From an uncultured Candidatus Saccharibacteria bacterium (GTDB taxonomy: Bacteria > Patescibacteriota > Minisyncoccia > Phycocordibacterales > CSBR16-119), in contig CAZTRC010000006.1 of assembly GCA_964615845.1 (NCBI GenBank), positions 1-41,684 of the forward strand: DNA of 41,684 bases. Reading direction: 5' to 3'. Positions 33,968 through 41,682 of the stretch are shown here, piece after piece. A model generated the notes under the pieces. The model worked only from the letters and a program-made list of their open reading frames with translations, had not been told where the DNA came from and did not search any database. The position numbers were made by a program, and so were the translations under genes. Positions within the stretch are counted from its first letter, which is position 1, and the number at the start of each line of letters is the position of its first letter.

Positions 33968-34804
33968 CTAGAACTGGTTCATTTGCCTTTTGTGCTTACG
34001 CGCCTTCCTTTCATGCTTCTGCTTTTTCGCGCCTTTTGCTTCAGGTCGCGCATCGCGGAAGATCTGGAAGCCTTCGATCGTGTGGCCATCGAACGTGTGC
34101 AGGCCATTCTCAAGACCGAAGCGCTTCCCTTCACGGAAAGACGGTTCGTACACCTGAGTCCTGGTTGCGCCATCACGTTGCTCCAGATGGAGCCACATGA
34201 TGCTACAGACCGTACCTTCCGAAGTCACGATGCCAAGGCCATAAGCCGACACTGTAGCTGAGTCGGCCATTCCTACTTCTTCCATGGAAATTCCCGGAAC
34301 AAGGTAGGATCCTTCTCGTCTCCACTCGGCACCATCGATCTCGAGCACCATCTTGTAAGGTTCGGCAGTGTTCTCGGTCACCGAATCCTTACTCAGGCGA
34401 ATACTCGTGTTCTTATCGCATGGACATTGATCGAATTCGACTGTGAGCGCCTCGATCTTCTTGCCACGGCGAGTGCGGAGTATTCCGTCACTCGGCATGG
34501 AATAGTGCTTCGAAGGTAGTACGAACGTCGTGTCGCCAATACGGTAGAGGGAAAGATGGTCTCCCTTTTCCACCTGGGTCAGATAGCCAGCGGTGATGGT
34601 CGAATCGCCGTCACCGGTCTCAACGAGAGTCCAGGTAGGCTTTGTTTGGCGAGCGCGCCCCTGTAGGAAGTAGACCGCGTTTGGAGTCAGCACATCGGCT
34701 GACAAGTCCTGAGCGTCTACCCACAAGTGGTTCTGCCACGCCTGGGCGGATGCTCCGTTGCCTGTGGCAAGAAGCATGATTGTGAAAAGTGCTAACTTCT
34801 TCAT
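33968..34804 (-). CDS. Secreted hypothetical protein with a Lys/Arg-rich C-terminal tail (G+C-rich orphan cassette)
   Basis: 278 aa with signal peptide MKKLALFTIMLLATGNGASA and a beta-rich body. The tail is AKGAKKQKHERKARKHKRQ. The leader is AACACCCCCGAA + 3 nt + ATG. Confidence 0.6.
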   Translation of the reverse strand: MKKLALFTIMLLATGNGASAQAWQNHLWVDAQDLSADVLTPNAVYFLQGRARQTKPTWTLVETGDGDSTITAGYLTQVEKGDHLSLYRIGDTTFVLPSKHYSMPSDGILRTRRGKKIEALTVEFDQCPCDKNTSIRLSKDSVTENTAEPYKMVLEIDGAEWRREGSYLVPGISMEEVGMADSATVSAYGLGIVTSEGTVCSIMWLHLEQRDGATRTQVYEPSFREGKRFGLENGLHTFDGHTIEGFQIFRDARPEAKGAKKQKHERKARKHKRQMNQF

Positions 34805-34843
34805 ATCTTCGGGGGTGTTAGAGTTGTTCGTTGGTTCAGTCTT

Positions 34844-34872
34844 ATATTACTGAATCAAGATAGAAATGTCAA
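34844..34872 (-). promoter_or_regulatory. Promoter TTGACA-N17-TAATAT for 33968..34804
   Basis: On the minus strand: TTGACA (plus 34867-34872) and TAATAT (plus 34844-34849). Confidence 0.6.
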
Positions 34873-34884
34873 GCCTCTTGAGCC

Positions 34885-34910
34885 AAGCAAAAACGCCCCG
34901 GGTGGGGCGC
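34885..34910 (-). terminator. Terminator of rplU
   Basis: cgcccc (34894-34899) pairs with ggggcg (34904-34909). The minus strand continues tttttgctt. Confidence 0.6.
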
Positions 34911-34916
34911 TTTGCA

Positions 34917-35234
34917 TTAGGCTATTTTCGTGATTTTGACCTTGAAAAATGGCTGTCGGTGGCCGCGCTTTTTGTAGTAGTTTGATTTGGCGCGATATTT
35001 GATGACGTCGATTTTCTGAGCTCGGCCGATGGTCTCGAGAGTCGCTTCGACTTTCTTCCCTGAGATACTTGGAGCTCCGAGGTTTAGAGATTTGCCGTCG
35101 TCGATAGCGAGCACGTCATCAAAGACGACCTTGTCGCCTGTTTTGAAGTCGCCCGAGAGCTTCTCGATTCGTAGAGAATCGCCTTCCGAGACTTTGTATT
35201 GTTTTCCGCCTGTTCGTATAACAGCAAATTGCAT
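34917..35234 (-). CDS. rplU: 50S ribosomal protein L21
   Basis: 105 aa. MQFAVIRTGGKQYKVSEGDSLRIEKL...KYRAKSNYYKKRGHRQPFFKVKI matches the L21 signature. Confidence 0.92.
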   Translation of the reverse strand: MQFAVIRTGGKQYKVSEGDSLRIEKLSGDFKTGDKVVFDDVLAIDDGKSLNLGAPSISGKKVEATLETIGRAQKIDVIKYRAKSNYYKKRGHRQPFFKVKITKIA

Positions 35235-35338
35235 AATGGACGTATTTTACCCGAAGTCCAAAAAAATGCAAGAGATATGATATCCCCTGATTTTTTGGCT
35301 CCCCTTCAATCCTTAATGATATAATTTTCCCATACTTT

Positions 35339-36262
35339 ATGGTCTCAAAACACAAATACCGAAATGTCACTTGGGTTGATTTGGAAACCCCAACCTTTGC
35401 CGAAATCGCTGACGTGCGAGACGAATTTAACTTGCCGGAACTCATGGCCGAAGAGCTCGGGACCAATACTTTGCGTTCAAAAGTCGATTATTATGAGAAG
35501 CTCAAGATGGTGTATCTCGTCCTTCACTTCCCTGTCATTGGAGAAGGCCGAGAGAAAAACATCGAACAAGAAATAGATTTCGTTGTGGGTAAGAATTTCG
35601 TCATCACCACCCGTTACGAGAAAATCGATCCACTTCACAACTTCTCCCGCCTCTTCGACCGCGAGAGTTTGCTCGACAAAAACAACATCGGCGAGCACGC
35701 CGGACATCTTTTCATTCACCTCATGAAAGAGCTCTACAAAGATTCTTTGGACAAACTGGAAGACATAAATTATTCGCTTAAGAATATTGAGGAAAACATT
35801 TTTAAGGGCAAGCAAGCAGAATCTGTCGAAATTATCTCCAGCACAAATAGGAAATTCCTCAATTTCAAGCAAGCGCTCCGTCATCATGGCGAAATTCTCG
35901 CTTCTTTCGAAGGCGCGGCCAAAGATCTGTTCGGCGCGATGTTTGATTACAACATCGGCATCATTATGTCCGAATACAACCGAGTAAAAAACACACTCGA
36001 CGTCGGCAAAGAAATTCTCGACGACCTCCGTGACACCAACGACGCGCTCTTGAGCACTAGGACCGGTCAAGCCATCAAGACTTTGACAATCATGACCTTC
36101 ACCCTACTCCCCATCACCCTCATTACCGGTATTTTCAGCATGAACATGCCCGAAGAAATTTTGATTATTCGAAACTCAGGTGATTTTATCCTCGTTCTCA
36201 TCCTCATGGCCGTCATTGGACTCATCATGTTTGTCTATTTCAAAGGCAAGAAGTGGTTGTGA
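35339..36262 (+). CDS. corA: CorA-family divalent cation transporter (SMN in place of the GMN motif)
   Basis: 307 aa. It has a cytoplasmic funnel domain plus two C-terminal TM helices. LTIMTFTLLPITLITGIFSMNMPE aligns to the canonical ..T.IF.PLT.I.GIYGMNF motif. Confidence 0.8.
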   Translation: MVSKHKYRNVTWVDLETPTFAEIADVRDEFNLPELMAEELGTNTLRSKVDYYEKLKMVYLVLHFPVIGEGREKNIEQEIDFVVGKNFVITTRYEKIDPLHNFSRLFDRESLLDKNNIGEHAGHLFIHLMKELYKDSLDKLEDINYSLKNIEENIFKGKQAESVEIISSTNRKFLNFKQALRHHGEILASFEGAAKDLFGAMFDYNIGIIMSEYNRVKNTLDVGKEILDDLRDTNDALLSTRTGQAIKTLTIMTFTLLPITLITGIFSMNMPEEILIIRNSGDFILVLILMAVIGLIMFVYFKGKKWL

Positions 36263-36268
36263 TAGAAT
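36260..36268 (+). promoter_or_regulatory. Extended -10 (TGaTAGAAT) 6 nt before the cysS ATG (leaderless arrangement)
   Basis: TGATAGAAT at 36260-36268, aggcaa, then the ATG at 36275. It overlaps the corA stop. Confidence 0.55.
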
Positions 36269-36274
36269 AGGCAA

Positions 36275-37624
36275 ATGCTGAAGATTTATAATACGCTAAA
36301 GAAGGAAGAGCAGGTTTTCACGCCGATAGAACCGGGCAAAGTCCGGATGTATTCGTGCGGGCCGACGGTGTACGGCATGCCTCATATTGGCAATTATCGT
36401 GCCTTCGTTTTTGCCGACGTCTTAAAACGAGTCCTTCAATACTCCGGCCTTGAAGTAAAGCATGTCATGAATATCACCGATGTCGACGACAAGATCGTGC
36501 GTGACTCTAAGGCAGCTAGTAAAAGTCTAGAAGAATTTACGGAGTTTTATACCGAAGAGTTCCATAAAGAATGCGCGAGGCTTAATATTACCGCACCTAC
36601 AATTGAATCTCTTGCGACAGAACATATTAATGACATGGTCAAAATGATTGAAACTCTTTTGGAAAAAGGACTCGCTTACAAGGGCGAAGACGAGAGCATT
36701 TATTTCAATATCAAAAAAGACACCGATTACGGCATACTCTCTGGCCTTGATCTAAAGAAGTCGGACGCCTCACAAAGTCGGATCAAAAACGACGAATACG
36801 ACAAAGAAAACGCTCAAGACTTTGCTCTTTGGAAAGCCTGGGACGAACAGGACGGCGATGTCTTTTGGGAGACAAGTCTTGGTAAAGGCCGACCAGGTTG
36901 GCATATCGAATGTTCAGCCATGTCGACGAAATATCTCGGAAATCATTTCGACATCCACACCGGCGGCATCGATCTCGTCTTCCCCCACCACGAAAATGAA
37001 ATCGCTCAATCAGAATCTTGCACGGACGAACAATTTGTAAACTACTGGATTCACAATGGCCACATTTTGATCGATGGTAAAAAGATGTCGAAATCTTTGA
37101 AAAATGATTATCGCTTATCCGACTTGGAAGAAAAAGGATTCTCGCCGATGGATTATCGCTACTTCCTCCTCCAAGGCAATTACCGAGGTCTCATCAATTT
37201 CACTTGGGAGGCGCTAGAGGCGGGGCAAAATGCCTTGAAGAAACTCAAAAACTTGTATCTCGATCTCGGGACTGACATCGGAGCCGTGAGTGCATTTTAC
37301 AAACAGAAATTTACCGAGGCTCTGGAAGACAATCTAAACACTCCCGAAGCTCTCGCCGTCCTTTGGACTCTCGCGCACGACAAAGACACGCTTCTCGCCG
37401 ACAAGAAAGCGACGCTTCTAGACTTCGACAAAGTTTTAGGACTCGGCATGGAGTCCTGGATAAAAGATCAAATCCCCGATGAAGTCCTCGCTCTCGCCCG
37501 CGAGCGCAACACCGCCCGTCTCGCCAAAGACTTCGCCAAGTCGGACACCCTCCGCGACCAAATCGCGGCTCTTGGATATGAAATTAAGGACAGAGGAGAA
37601 GATTTTGAAGTGAGGAAAATATAA
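36275..37624 (+). CDS. cysS: Cysteine--tRNA ligase
   Basis: 449 aa. MYSCGPTVYGMPHIGNYR (HIGH), GWHIECSAM, HTGGIDLVFPHHENEIAQSE and KMSKSLKN. Confidence 0.93.
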   Translation: MLKIYNTLKKEEQVFTPIEPGKVRMYSCGPTVYGMPHIGNYRAFVFADVLKRVLQYSGLEVKHVMNITDVDDKIVRDSKAASKSLEEFTEFYTEEFHKECARLNITAPTIESLATEHINDMVKMIETLLEKGLAYKGEDESIYFNIKKDTDYGILSGLDLKKSDASQSRIKNDEYDKENAQDFALWKAWDEQDGDVFWETSLGKGRPGWHIECSAMSTKYLGNHFDIHTGGIDLVFPHHENEIAQSESCTDEQFVNYWIHNGHILIDGKKMSKSLKNDYRLSDLEEKGFSPMDYRYFLLQGNYRGLINFTWEALEAGQNALKKLKNLYLDLGTDIGAVSAFYKQKFTEALEDNLNTPEALAVLWTLAHDKDTLLADKKATLLDFDKVLGLGMESWIKDQIPDEVLALARERNTARLAKDFAKSDTLRDQIAALGYEIKDRGEDFEVRKI

Positions 37625-37652
37625 AAAATTATTAATTAATAAAAAATAAAAT

Positions 37653-38201
37653 ATGCATTGTCCAAAGTGTGGAAACACAATAAGAGAAGGAGTTAAGTTT
37701 TGTTCTGGCTGTGGGAATTCATTAAACGAGAATAGAAACCCAATAAATAATCATAACAGGCCGAATAAATTCAAATCTACGGTGTTGGCGATTTTTTCTG
37801 TTATTGTTTTTCTCGTTGTTTTTGTCGGTGTTCGTCATATTACAAAAAGGGGCGTAGAATATGTTTCTAATGAACAAAATCCATCTAAACAAGAAATGAT
37901 TGAGGGCGCTGTTCAATATGTAAAGGATACCACCATATTCCCTTCAGAACTTGATGAAGCAACAACATTTACTGGGATTAGCGGGACGTCAGATGCAATA
38001 GTTTATTATTACACTCTCCATGACATTGATCCAAGCCTAGTAAGCAACGAATCTTTAGAGGATATGCTCTTGTCTTCTCTTTGCCAAAATCCTGATACTA
38101 GATATCTTTTAGATTCAGACATAAACATGGAATACTCTTATTCCATCAAAGACACTGGTCAGAAATTCTTTGTTTCGATAACTAAAATAGATTGTTTGTA
38201 G
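37653..38201 (+). CDS. Zinc-ribbon membrane protein, hypothetical (low-GC islet)
   Basis: 182 aa. MHCPKCGNTIREGVKFCSGCGN (CxxC-x11-CxxC), one TM segment, and a C-terminal domain of about 110 aa. Confidence 0.65.
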   Translation: MHCPKCGNTIREGVKFCSGCGNSLNENRNPINNHNRPNKFKSTVLAIFSVIVFLVVFVGVRHITKRGVEYVSNEQNPSKQEMIEGAVQYVKDTTIFPSELDEATTFTGISGTSDAIVYYYTLHDIDPSLVSNESLEDMLLSSLCQNPDTRYLLDSDINMEYSYSIKDTGQKFFVSITKIDCL

Positions 38202-38205
38202 AAAT

Positions 38206-38715
38206 TTAAGTAATCCTACTTTCTAAAAAGGAAATTATTTTACCAATTTTGTTAATTTTAGCTTTCGTGTATCCAGTATCTGGAGTATTTAGACTTTGCA
38301 GATGAACCTTATTACGTTCATTTCTCGCCCAATTAAGAGCCGAATACTCTCTTTGAGTTATAATTTTGTGATTTTTTAAATATATATTGAATTTACCAAA
38401 ATCAGCCCCTTTATCATTTATTGATACATTCTCTTGTATCTTCGTGCAGATAAACAAATCTTCTGACGAACCAATATCCGTTGCCGGGAGTTTGTGTTTT
38501 TCTTTATATTTAACCGAGTCGTAGAATGTGTGGCTTGGAGGACTTGTGTGTTTTCTAACCAACTCATATACCATACCTTCTACAACGGTACACAAAAGAA
38601 TTATTGCAGAACGATAGTAAGAAGACTTTGCTGTATTTCCCAAACCGGCAAGTTCTGTATGTTCTAACAGTCTCGTAGCCGCATTTATTCTTTTTTCTAC
38701 GTTAGACCAGAGCAT
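38206..38715 (-). CDS. Hypothetical alpha-helical protein with a HEPN-like signature (candidate toxin/RNase)
   Basis: 169 aa. The helix SSYYRSAIILLCTVVEGMVYELV resembles a HEPN core helix. The C-terminal NWARNERNKVHLQ contains R-x6-H (RN....H type). Its ATG directly abuts the stop of the upstream small ORF (TAGATG). Motif-level inference only. Confidence 0.4.
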   Translation of the reverse strand: MLWSNVEKRINAATRLLEHTELAGLGNTAKSSYYRSAIILLCTVVEGMVYELVRKHTSPPSHTFYDSVKYKEKHKLPATDIGSSEDLFICTKIQENVSINDKGADFGKFNIYLKNHKIITQREYSALNWARNERNKVHLQSLNTPDTGYTKAKINKIGKIISFLESRIT

Positions 38716-38886
38716 CTATTTCCTCTTTTTGGCTTTTTCTAAAGCCTTACTCAAAGAAGAAAAACCATTTTCCTTTAAGAACTGTCCGAGTTTTTTATCA
38801 GAACGCACCTCAAAATCTACCCCATATTTTTTTTCGATGGGGCCAATTTTTGCATCACTTCTTTTCCTTCTGATTTCTTTACTCAT
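38716..38886 (-). CDS. Small basic protein (56 aa from MSKEIRR), candidate partner or antitoxin of 38206..38715
   Basis: The track ORF extends to 38943, but that would overlap the dnaJ 3' end. From the ATG at 38886: MSKEIRRKRSDAKIGPIEKKYGVDFEVRSDKKLGQFLKENGFSSLSKALEKAKKRK. Confidence 0.5.
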   Translation of the reverse strand: MSKEIRRKRSDAKIGPIEKKYGVDFEVRSDKKLGQFLKENGFSSLSKALEKAKKRK

Positions 38887-38914
38887 GGAATAAATATAAC
38901 ACAAATTTGCAATT

Positions 38915-39796
38915 TTATAATCCACTCTTCTGCAACTCTTCAATCAGTTTCTTCTGCTCTTTTGAAAGCGAATCCGGAATTTCAACTTCAATGACGACGA
39001 GGAGGTCACCGTGTTGGAAACGCCCAGCAGCGACACCCGAGCCTTTGATGCGGAGAATTTTGCCGGTTTGGATGCCTTTTGGAATTTTGATTTTGATCGG
39101 GCCTTCGACGCCTTCGACGTCATACGTCGCACCAAGGATGGCGTCGGTGAGTTTTACCTGTAAATTCGTGACGAGGTGAATTCCCTCTTTGCGCAGACTC
39201 TGGTGCGATTCGATATACATCTTGACCAACATATCGCCTGGCTGACCGTCAGCGATGGCCTCTCCGTAACCTTGGAGCTTCATCATTTGACCTGATTCGA
39301 TGCCGGCCGGGATCTTGATCGTGACTTCACCCTTCCCTTTTTCGGCGCTGTTTTGGGGCATTTTTATAGTCTTAGAAGTACCGAGAATCGACTCCTTGAA
39401 GCTCAAATTAAGGCCTAGAACGATGTCCCTGCCCTTTCTGACCCTGCGGCCACCAAACCCTCCACCGAAGGCCGAAAAGATGTCGTTGAGGTCAAACTCC
39501 TGGCCTCCTTGGAAGCCGTCAAAGTTCACGTTGAATCCACCGAAATCGAAGCCTCCAAAGCCTGCCCCGCCCTGTCCGCCAAACTGCGGGCCATTCGAGC
39601 CGAAGCGGTCATACTGAGCGCGTTTCTGGTCATCCGAAAGAACCTGGTAGGCTTCGTTCACTTCTTTGAACTTGGCCTCGTCACCAGTTTTTTTATCTGG
39701 ATGAAATTCATGCGCCTTTTTGCGAAAAGCTTTTTTCAGCTCTTCTTTGGAGGCGCCTCTTTCAACCTCGAGAATTTTGTAATAATCCTTGGACAT
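38915..39796 (-). CDS. dnaJ: J-domain co-chaperone DnaJ, class II/CbpA-like (no CxxCxGxG zinc-finger repeats)
   Basis: 293 aa. DYYKILEVERGASKEELKKAFRKKAHEFHPDK (J domain with HPD), a Gly/Phe-rich linker and C-terminal substrate-binding domains. No Cys repeats are present. The start overlaps the dnaK stop (TAATG). Confidence 0.88.
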   Translation of the reverse strand: MSKDYYKILEVERGASKEELKKAFRKKAHEFHPDKKTGDEAKFKEVNEAYQVLSDDQKRAQYDRFGSNGPQFGGQGGAGFGGFDFGGFNVNFDGFQGGQEFDLNDIFSAFGGGFGGRRVRKGRDIVLGLNLSFKESILGTSKTIKMPQNSAEKGKGEVTIKIPAGIESGQMMKLQGYGEAIADGQPGDMLVKMYIESHQSLRKEGIHLVTNLQVKLTDAILGATYDVEGVEGPIKIKIPKGIQTGKILRIKGSGVAAGRFQHGDLLVVIEVEIPDSLSKEQKKLIEELQKSGL

Positions 39797-41682
39797 TAGC
39801 TTTGAACCTCCGCATCTTGCACATTATCGTCTTTTTTCACTTCTTCAGCTTTCGGTTCTGCGGCTTGCGCTTTTTGCATCGCTTCGCCGATTTTTTGCAT
39901 TTCAGACATAAGTTCTTCGGTCGCGCCTTTTAGTCGCACGCCTTCATCGGTGTGATGATCTGGAAGTTCTTTGACTTCTTTGAGCTTCGAGACTTTTTCC
40001 TCGACAGATTTCTTCACATCTTCGCCAACTTTACCTTCGGCATCCTTCAAAGCTTTCTCGGCAGTGAAGATCGTCATCTCAGCGGTGTTTTTGATATCAA
40101 CAAGCTCTTTCTTTTTCTTGTCCGAGTCGGCGTTGAGTTCAGCATCTTTTTGCATCTTCTTAATCTCTTCATCAGAAAGTCCTGACGAAGCTTCGATGCG
40201 AATTGATTGTTCTTTGCCAGAAGTTTTATCTTTGGCCTTCACATTTAAGATTCCGTTTGCGTCGATATCAAACGTAACTTCGATTTGTGGAACGCCACGT
40301 GGAGCTGGTGGAATTCCTTCGAGGACGAATCGTCCGAGAGATTTGTTGTCAGCCGCCATTGGTCGCTCACCCTGAACGATGTGAATCTCGGTTGAGGTTT
40401 GGTTGTCAGCCGCGGTTGAGAAAACCTGAGATTTGCTCGCAGGGATGGTTGTATTCTTTTCGATAAGCTTTGTTCCAACTCCTCCGAGAGTTTCGATACC
40501 AAGCGATAGCGGGATAACATCGAGAAGCAAAACGTCTTTGACGTCTCCCTGCAAAACTCCACCCTGGATCGCCGCGCCGAGTGCTACGACTTCGTCTGGG
40601 TTTACAGTTAGGTTTGGTTTCTTGCCAAAGAATTTCTCCACAGCATCCTGCATCGCTGGCATGCGAGTCTGACCGCCGACGAGAATGACTTCGTTGATGT
40701 CGGCGACTTTGAATGGTGAGGCTTCCATGGCGCGTTTGGTGATCATGAGAGCCTTGTCGATGAATTCCTGGCAAATACTCTCGAGTTCGGCACGCTTCAT
40801 GGTACGGACGAGGTGCATCGGTCCAGCTTCACCGCTCGTGATGAATGGGATGTTGATTTCAGTTTCTAGAGCCGTTGAAAGCTCGATTTTGGCTTTCTCA
40901 GCAGCATCATCGAGGCGCTGTCGGGCAAGCGGGTCTTTGCGGAGATCAATGCCTTCTTGTTTGAGGAACCCTTCCGCCAACCAATTCATAATCGACTGGT
41001 CGATGTCTTTACCACCCAAGTGCGCGTCGCCGTCGGTAGATTTGACCTCGATTGTGTCTTCGGAAACTTCTAGAACGGAGATATCAAATGTTCCACCTCC
41101 GAAGTCGAACACGGCGATTTTCTCATCTTTCTTTTTATTAAATCCGTAGGCCAAAGCTGCGGCAGTCGGTTCGTTGATGATGCGTTTGACATCAAGTCCA
41201 GCAATCTTGCCCGCGTCTTTGGTTGCTTGTCGCTGAGCATCGTTGAAATACGCGGGCACTGTGATAACCGCTTCGGTCACGGTTATGCCAAGCTTGGCTT
41301 CGACGTCAGCTTTGATCTTTTGCAAGATCATGGCTGAGATTTCTTCTGGACGCTTCCAATCATCGCCGAATTTTACTTCGATACCGCCAGTTGAGCCTTT
41401 ACGAGTTTCAAATGGAATTGATTTGATGTCCTTCTGAACTTCTGGTTCGTCAAAGTTGTGACCAATAAATCTCTTGATTTGATAGATCGTGTTTTTCGGA
41501 TTTGTGATCGATTGTCTCTTCGCGGTAACTCCAACCATTGTGTCGCCATTTTTCGCAAGCGCAACAATAGAAGGCGTAGTGCGCATTCCCTCCGCGTTCT
41601 CAATTATCTTCGGCTGACCTCCTTCGATGACAGAAACTGCCGAGTTTGTTGTTCCTAAGTCGATTCCAATTATTTTTGACAT
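39796..41682 (-). CDS. dnaK: Molecular chaperone DnaK (Hsp70)
   Basis: 628 aa. [28 protein letters not shown] and [15 protein letters not shown]. It appears complete, with the ATG at 41682. Confidence 0.97.
   Translation of the reverse strand: MSKIIGIDLGTTNSAVSVIEGGQPKIIENAEGMRTTPSIVALAKNGDTMVGVTAKRQSITNPKNTIYQIKRFIGHNFDEPEVQKDIKSIPFETRKGSTGGIEVKFGDDWKRPEEISAMILQKIKADVEAKLGITVTEAVITVPAYFNDAQRQATKDAGKIAGLDVKRIINEPTAAALAYGFNKKKDEKIAVFDFGGGTFDISVLEVSEDTIEVKSTDGDAHLGGKDIDQSIMNWLAEGFLKQEGIDLRKDPLARQRLDDAAEKAKIELSTALETEINIPFITSGEAGPMHLVRTMKRAELESICQEFIDKALMITKRAMEASPFKVADINEVILVGGQTRMPAMQDAVEKFFGKKPNLTVNPDEVVALGAAIQGGVLQGDVKDVLLLDVIPLSLGIETLGGVGTKLIEKNTTIPASKSQVFSTAADNQTSTEIHIVQGERPMAADNKSLGRFVLEGIPPAPRGVPQIEVTFDIDANGILNVKAKDKTSGKEQSIRIEASSGLSDEEIKKMQKDAELNADSDKKKKELVDIKNTAEMTIFTAEKALKDAEGKVGEDVKKSVEEKVSKLKEVKELPDHHTDEGVRLKGATEELMSEMQKIGEAMQKAQAAEPKAEEVKKDDNVQDAEVQS

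Noticed and set aside
5944-35234. rplU (L21) and rpmA (L27) lie about 29 kb apart instead of in the usual rplU-(ysxB)-rpmA operon.
   Set aside because: The observation is real, but operon fragmentation of this kind is common in reduced genomes. It is not informative on its own.
38887-38943. N-terminal extension of the track ORF 38716..38943 (MKSCRRVDYKIANLCYIYS).
   Set aside because: It would overlap the 3' end of dnaJ (stop at 38915). The internal ATG at 38886 (MSKEIRR...) is the more plausible start.
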